Shown in pieces: positions 61,201 through 64,000 of a stretch of 64,000 nt of DNA. Source of the DNA: Candidatus Rokubacteria bacterium CSP1-6 (GTDB taxonomy: Bacteria; Methylomirabilota; Methylomirabilia; Rokubacteriales; CSP1-6); the NCBI GenBank assembly GCA_001443385.1, contig LDXP01000002.1:38534-102533 (forward strand), given 5' to 3'. How positions within the stretch are numbered: the stretch's first letter is position 1; each line of letters starts with the position of its first letter. The position numbers were made by a program, and so were the translations under genes. The notes beneath the pieces were generated by a model. It had not been told where the DNA came from. It worked only from the letters and a program-made list of their open reading frames with translations, and made no database searches.

Positions 61201-63790
61201 GCTTGGAAATGCCGAGCCGGCGGGGGATCAATCCGCTGAGAGCCGAGAGGAGCGAGGGCACGGCGATGGTCGCAAGGACGAACGCGCTCCACACCGCGGG
61301 CGACGTGCCCGGCACCATCCACGCAACCGCCAGCGTCAGAAAGGCGGCCGGCGCCGAGACCGTGCGACGCAGGTTGTCCAGCATCTTCCAGCGCCCCATC
61401 ACGGGGATTCGCGTTCCAAGAATCCACGGAAGCAGCTGCCAGTCGCCGCGCGCCCAGCGGTGCTGGCGCGCCGCCGCGACCCCGTAATGCGAGGGAGCGC
61501 TCTCGAACAGTTCGACGTCGGTGACGAGGCCGGCACGCGCGAACACACCCTCGAACAAATCGTGGCTCAGCAGCGCGTTCTCCGGCACCCGCCCCGCCAG
61601 CGCCGCCTCGAACGCGTCCACGTCGTAGATTCCTTTGCCGGTGTATGAACCTTCCCCCCAGAGGTCCTGGTACACGTCGGACACGGCCGCCGCGTACGGG
61701 TCGATGCCTGCGGGGCCGGACGAGAGGCGCTGGAAGAACGAGCCCTCGCGTCCGGGTAGCGGCGGCGTGACTCGCGGTTGAAGCACCGCGTACCCTTCGA
61801 CGACGCGCCGCCTGTCGGGATCGAACCGCGGCCGATTGAGGGGATGCGCCATCGTGCCGACCAGCCGATCAACCGCGCCTCTGGGCAGGCGCGTGTCGGC
61901 GTCGACGGTGATGACGTAGCGGACGCCGGAAGGCGCGGCGGCGCCCGCTGGCAAGAAGCTGGTGTCCGTCGCCCCTCGCAGGAGGCGATTGAGCTCGTGG
62001 AGCTTGCCGCGCTTGCGCTCCCACCCCATCCACGTCCGCTCGCTCTCGTTCCAGAGCCGGCGGCGGTGGAAGAGCAGGAATCGCTCGCCGCCATCCGGCG
62101 CGGCGCCGTGCCGCCGGTTCAGACGTGCGATCCCCTCGCGCGCCGCCCCCAGAGTGTCGTCGTCACCCGGCATGCTGTCCCTAGGCGCATCCATCCAGTC
62201 GGAGAGGACGGCGAAGCGAAGATCGCCGTCTGGATTCGCCAGGTAATGCACTTCGAGCCGCCCGATCTGCTCTTCGACTTCGGCGCCGTCGGTCAACAGC
62301 ATCGGGACGACGATCATGGTCCGCAGATGCGGCGGCACGCCGTCGCGCAGCTCGAGCCGCGGCAAGACTCGCGGCGTGACGAGCGCGGTGACGCTTCGAT
62401 TCAGCAGAGCGATCGCCAGGTCCGAGGCCGGGACGACGGCCAGAAGCGCGAGCACCAGCAGGCTCACCGGTCCGACGCCGGATACCCCTGCAGCGAGGAG
62501 GGGCAGCGCGACCATGAAGCCACTGAGGACGGCGATCGTTCCCAGATATCCGGGCGTCGCCGCCGCGGCGTAGGCGCGAAGCAGCCGGCGCATCGGCGGC
62601 GCTCGGTAACCAAGCGCCTGCTCGAAGGCCAGGCGCCCGTTGCCGATGAGATAGAAGCCGGGATCGCTCTTCCGGCCGTCGTGCACGTCCGCGCGGTGCG
62701 TCTGAGCAATGGCCTCGCGCCCGACTTCGAGCTCGGGCCGGCCCGAGCCCCGCGCGAGCTCTTCAACCGCATGCCGGTAGCTGTCGCGGGTCGCGAAGTC
62801 CATTGCGGCGTAGTTCGGGCCCGCTTGCAGCACCTCGTCGACGAGGCTGACGGTCTCGAAGAACTCCGTCCAGTCCAGCGCGGATATCAGGCTCATACTC
62901 ATGATCACGTTGCGGACGGTCACGTTCATCGCGGCCTGCCGCTGATGCTCGACGCGGACGATGTCGTCGGATGTCGTCCCCTGCGCCTGCAGGCGTTGGT
63001 CGAGCCAGAGAAGCGCCGGGGTCGCCGCGCGATCTTGCTCCCGCAGCCGCTGGACGAGCCGCACCGCGAAGGCGGTCATCAGCGGGCCGCTCTCGAATTG
63101 CGCGAGACCCCTCGCCGTCGGCGCGAGGGCGCCTTCGCCGACGCCGAGTAAATCGTCCGCCAGGGCGTCGGCCTCCTGGTGCGCCGCTCGCTCGCGAACG
63201 ATGCTCTCTGCCAAGCGCCGAAGATTCTCGACGAGTACGACGCGCAACGTGATCGCCACCGCCCACAGCTCGCCGATGGTCAGCGGCTGCACGCGCTGGT
63301 ACGCGTGCACGAACCGCCGGAGCGTGTCGGGATCGAACCGGCTATCGGTATGGGCAACAAATGCCCAGGCGATTCCGTAGACGCGCGGATAGCCGGCGAG
63401 CGGTCCCTCGGCCAGCTTGGGCAGCTCCCGATAAAACCCGGGCGGCAGGTCGTCGCGGATCTCACGCAGTTGTTCGTCCACGACGTGAAAGTTGTCGACG
63501 AGCCATTCTGCCGCCGGAGTGATCGCGCGCTCCTCACGGATGGCGTTGGCGATCACGCGATACGACTCACGGAGCACGCGACCGTTATCCTCGACGCGCG
63601 GCAACAATCGCCGCCCCCGGCCTGAGTGCCTCATGACGCGCTGGGCGGCCGCCAGGCTCTCGGCGTGCTGCTCGAGGCGCTCGATGCCGAAGACCTCGGC
63701 GCGGATGGGGTTCTCGAGTGACTTCCGGGCGATGAGCATGCTGCCTTTCTTCCCTGCTTCCTGCCCTCCCTGGACAGCAAGGTGGGCCAC
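55283..63790 (-). CDS. cgs: cyclic beta-1,2-glucan synthase (NdvB/ChvB/Cgs-like): multi-TM glycosyltransferase fused to a GH94-type glycoside phosphorylase domain
   Basis: A single 2835-aa ORF with N-terminal TM helices and a GT region. The C-terminal region has GH94-like blocks (GTGDWNDGMN, WLGWFL). Size matches NdvB/ChvB (about 2.8 kaa, by recollection). Confidence 0.78.
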   Translation of the reverse strand: MAHLAVQGGQEAGKKGSMLIARKSLENPIRAEVFGIERLEQHAESLAAAQRVMRHSGRGRRLLPRVEDNGRVLRESYRVIANAIREERAITPAAEWLVDNFHVVDEQLREIRDDLPPGFYRELPKLAEGPLAGYPRVYGIAWAFVAHTDSRFDPDTLRRFVHAYQRVQPLTIGELWAVAITLRVVLVENLRRLAESIVRERAAHQEADALADDLLGVGEGALAPTARGLAQFESGPLMTAFAVRLVQRLREQDRAATPALLWLDQRLQAQGTTSDDIVRVEHQRQAAMNVTVRNVIMSMSLISALDWTEFFETVSLVDEVLQAGPNYAAMDFATRDSYRHAVEELARGSGRPELEVGREAIAQTHRADVHDGRKSDPGFYLIGNGRLAFEQALGYRAPPMRRLLRAYAAAATPGYLGTIAVLSGFMVALPLLAAGVSGVGPVSLLVLALLAVVPASDLAIALLNRSVTALVTPRVLPRLELRDGVPPHLRTMIVVPMLLTDGAEVEEQIGRLEVHYLANPDGDLRFAVLSDWMDAPRDSMPGDDDTLGAAREGIARLNRRHGAAPDGGERFLLFHRRRLWNESERTWMGWERKRGKLHELNRLLRGATDTSFLPAGAAAPSGVRYVITVDADTRLPRGAVDRLVGTMAHPLNRPRFDPDRRRVVEGYAVLQPRVTPPLPGREGSFFQRLSSGPAGIDPYAAAVSDVYQDLWGEGSYTGKGIYDVDAFEAALAGRVPENALLSHDLFEGVFARAGLVTDVELFESAPSHYGVAAARQHRWARGDWQLLPWILGTRIPVMGRWKMLDNLRRTVSAPAAFLTLAVAWMVPGTSPAVWSAFVLATIAVPSLLSALSGLIPRRLGISKRSHTRAVGRDIVLAASQIGLTITMLPHQAWLMSDAIVRTLVRVYVTHRRLLEWVTAAQAKAGLRLDLRGFYRRMGGGVALAAAAAVAVAWRRPEAWPAALPFFMLWAASPAVARWISVLRRTASTQPLSSADARALRLIARRTWRFFATFVGPEDHALPPDNFEETPSPSVAHRTSPTNIGLYLLSTVAARDFGWLGTLDAVERLEATLETMNALERFRGHFYNWYDTKDCHPLDPKYVSSVDSGNLAGHLIALAHACEEMIDRPLLDRAALVGIEDTALLVRLSTLVTAGDARPRTVTRGRLDEAIDAVTAAVQEPPHDASEWVSRLATLKAHAHTVLGTARALTDEDPQSAQTDVLVWADALCATVESHARDLDMPDTLIRRLTILARSARGMVGAMDFRFLFDPRRKLLAIGYRVTDGSLDPGRYDLLASEARLASFVAIAKGDVPVSHWFRLGRALTPVEQDSVLVSWAGSMFEYLMPALVMRAPAGSLLEQTSRLAVGRQITYGAERGVPWGVSESGYNARDREMTYQYSSFGVPGLGLRRGLGEDVVIAPYATGLAAMIDPTAAVRNFRRLAAAGASGAYGFYEALDYTAPRLPEAAELAVVRAYMAHHQGMVIVAIANALHDGAMRARFHAEPMVRATELLLQERTPRDVAVARPRAEEVQAVGDVREFIPPVVRHFTSPHGSMPRTHLLSNGRYAVMLTAAGSGYSRWRDLAITRWREDVTRDAWGSYVFLRDVESGESWSAGYQPRGGEPDSYEVTFSEDRAEIVRRDRAIRTTLQVIVSPEDDAEVRRVSLTNVGAKSREVELTSYAEVVLAPPAADAAHPAFSNLSVETECVPELDTLLATRRPRSRAEAQVWLAHVAVVEGETVGQLQWETDRARFLGRGRGIRTPAAVIDGQPLSNTVGAVLDPIVSLRRRVRLPPGVTVRVTFSTLVAPSRAEALGLAEKYRDAATFDRAAMLAWTHAQVQLHHLGIGPDEAHLFQSLASRVLYSDRRLRPSADVLARRTGGPDALWALGISGDLPIVLVQIDEPEDVGIVRELLRAHEYWRIKQLAVDLVILNERAPSYVQDLQSLLETLLRTSQSAEPHDGHGPHGNVYIVRADRMTAPERDVLQAVARAVLSSQRGTLAEQMTRAERPDAAPVAQPRRRAATKLTSEVAIPQPDLELFNGLGGFEADGREYVAILGEGRWTPAPWLNVIANSSFGFQVSESGSGYTWSVNSRENQLTPWSNDPVSDPAGETIYVRDEETGDLWGPTALPIREGTSPYVIRHGQGYTSFEHVSHGVSLELLQLVPLDDSIKISRLTLTNSSGRARRLSVTAYVEWVLGVSRSAAAPFVVTEIDGKTGAMFARNAWSREFGGRVAFADLGGTQTAWTADRTEFLGRHGTPDYPAALARRDRLSGRVGAGLDPCSALQATIELPAGGRAEAVFFLGEAASPEQARELIVRYRTRDVAAVLRAVGERWDEVLGTLQVATPDRAMDILLNRWLLYQTLACRVWARSAFYQASGAYGFRDQLQDVMALAVSEPELARQHVLGAAARQFVEGDVQHWWHPPGGRGVRTRISDDPLWLPYVVAQYVEVTGDGAVLDEIVPFLDGPKLVVGQRESYFEPRVSEERGTLFEHCVRALDHSLTAGTHGLPLMGTGDWNDGMNEVGAEGKGESVWLGWFLHAVLSEWAKLADARGEGERAERWRSYVSALKESLEREAWDGDWYRRAFFDDGTPLGSAVNDACRMDSIAQSWSVISAAADPARGARAMAAVDEYLVRRADGLVLLFTPPFDDTPLEPGYIKGYLPGVRENGGQYTHAAIWSAIAFAALGDGDKAVELFAMLNPINHASTEAGVRRYKVEPYVVAADVYAEPPHVGRGGWTWYTGSAGWMYRAGVESILGFRLRGARLAVDPCIPRAWHGFEMVFRYRSARYDIVVENTQGVSRGVSSVEVDGVSLDGELSIMLADDRKRHRVRIVLG

Positions 63791-64000
63791 GGGGACTCTG
63801 GGCCCGCACCGCTCCTAGCGAGTCGCCCGCAGTCGGGCCCGGCGCTCCCACCGCTCACCCATGCTCTCGCTGGCAACTCCCATGAGCTGCCCCTAGCCCA
63901 AGAACGTAAGGTTGGCTGGACTCAGAAACGGGGAGGACCGCCAGCGCGGGCTGATTGACCTAGAGTTACCATAAGATTGTCGGCTCTTCCGGCTTTAGTG

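Noticed and set aside
57899-61648. 1249-aa + strand ORF and other + strand ORFs inside cgs
   Set aside because: Antisense to the continuous 2835-aa glucan-synthase frame. Arg-rich low complexity.
1-64000. Searched for tRNA, rRNA, CRISPR arrays, transposases, integrases and phage blocks
   Set aside because: No tRNA-like T-loop or acceptor pattern was found in intergenic regions. No direct-repeat/spacer array or transposase/integrase-like ORF was seen. The only phage-like item is a DUF360 holin-family membrane protein without neighbouring phage genes.

Overview
This is a 64-kb segment of a high-GC (about 68%) bacterial chromosome. No rRNA, tRNA, CRISPR array, transposase or integrase was recognised. 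Gene content looks like an uncultivated high-GC soil lineage, possibly Rokubacteria/NC10-like or a deltaproteobacterium, but this cannot be settled without a search. Many long ORFs in the supplied track are rejected as out-of-frame or antisense artefacts of GC-rich DNA; they are Arg/Pro/Gly/Ala-rich and overlap conserved genes.

The backbone is conserved housekeeping operons on the + strand:
- carB (3' part)-pyrF-pyrE-small ORF-hpt.
- yicC-gmk-rpoZ-coaBC-udg(family 4)-priA-def-fmt-rsmB-rpe.
- ffh-rpsP-rimM-trmD-rplS-rnhB-(secreted dioxygenase-like)-yraN.

An accessory block at 21.8-36 kb contains, in order:
- two cupin-fold proteins, an isochorismatase-family hydrolase and a DapA-family lyase;
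- a LivKGFHM-type ABC importer;
- a frameshifted ACR3 arsenite pump followed by an intact ArsC;
- a Tat-exported molybdopterin oxidoreductase: a 4-cluster FeS subunit, a 1060-aa catalytic subunit and an FmdE-like protein, with no membrane anchor.

Downstream genes:
- a DtxR-family regulator divergent from an Fe3+-type ABC importer;
- a HEXXH metallopeptidase plus D-Ala-D-Ala-ligase-like ATP-grasp pair;
- a DppABC-like permease set lacking ATPases;
- a PilZ-REC protein, Pal, several hydrolases and reductases, and an 8.5-kb cyclic beta-1,2-glucan synthase gene.

The most novel-looking items:
- A 40-45 bp GC-rich hairpin repeat occurs four times; one copy is translated in-frame as a C-terminal tail of an ABC ATPase.
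- PriA has degenerate Walker A/B motifs.
- An unlisted 52-aa zinc-ribbon ORF lies next to the glucan synthase gene.
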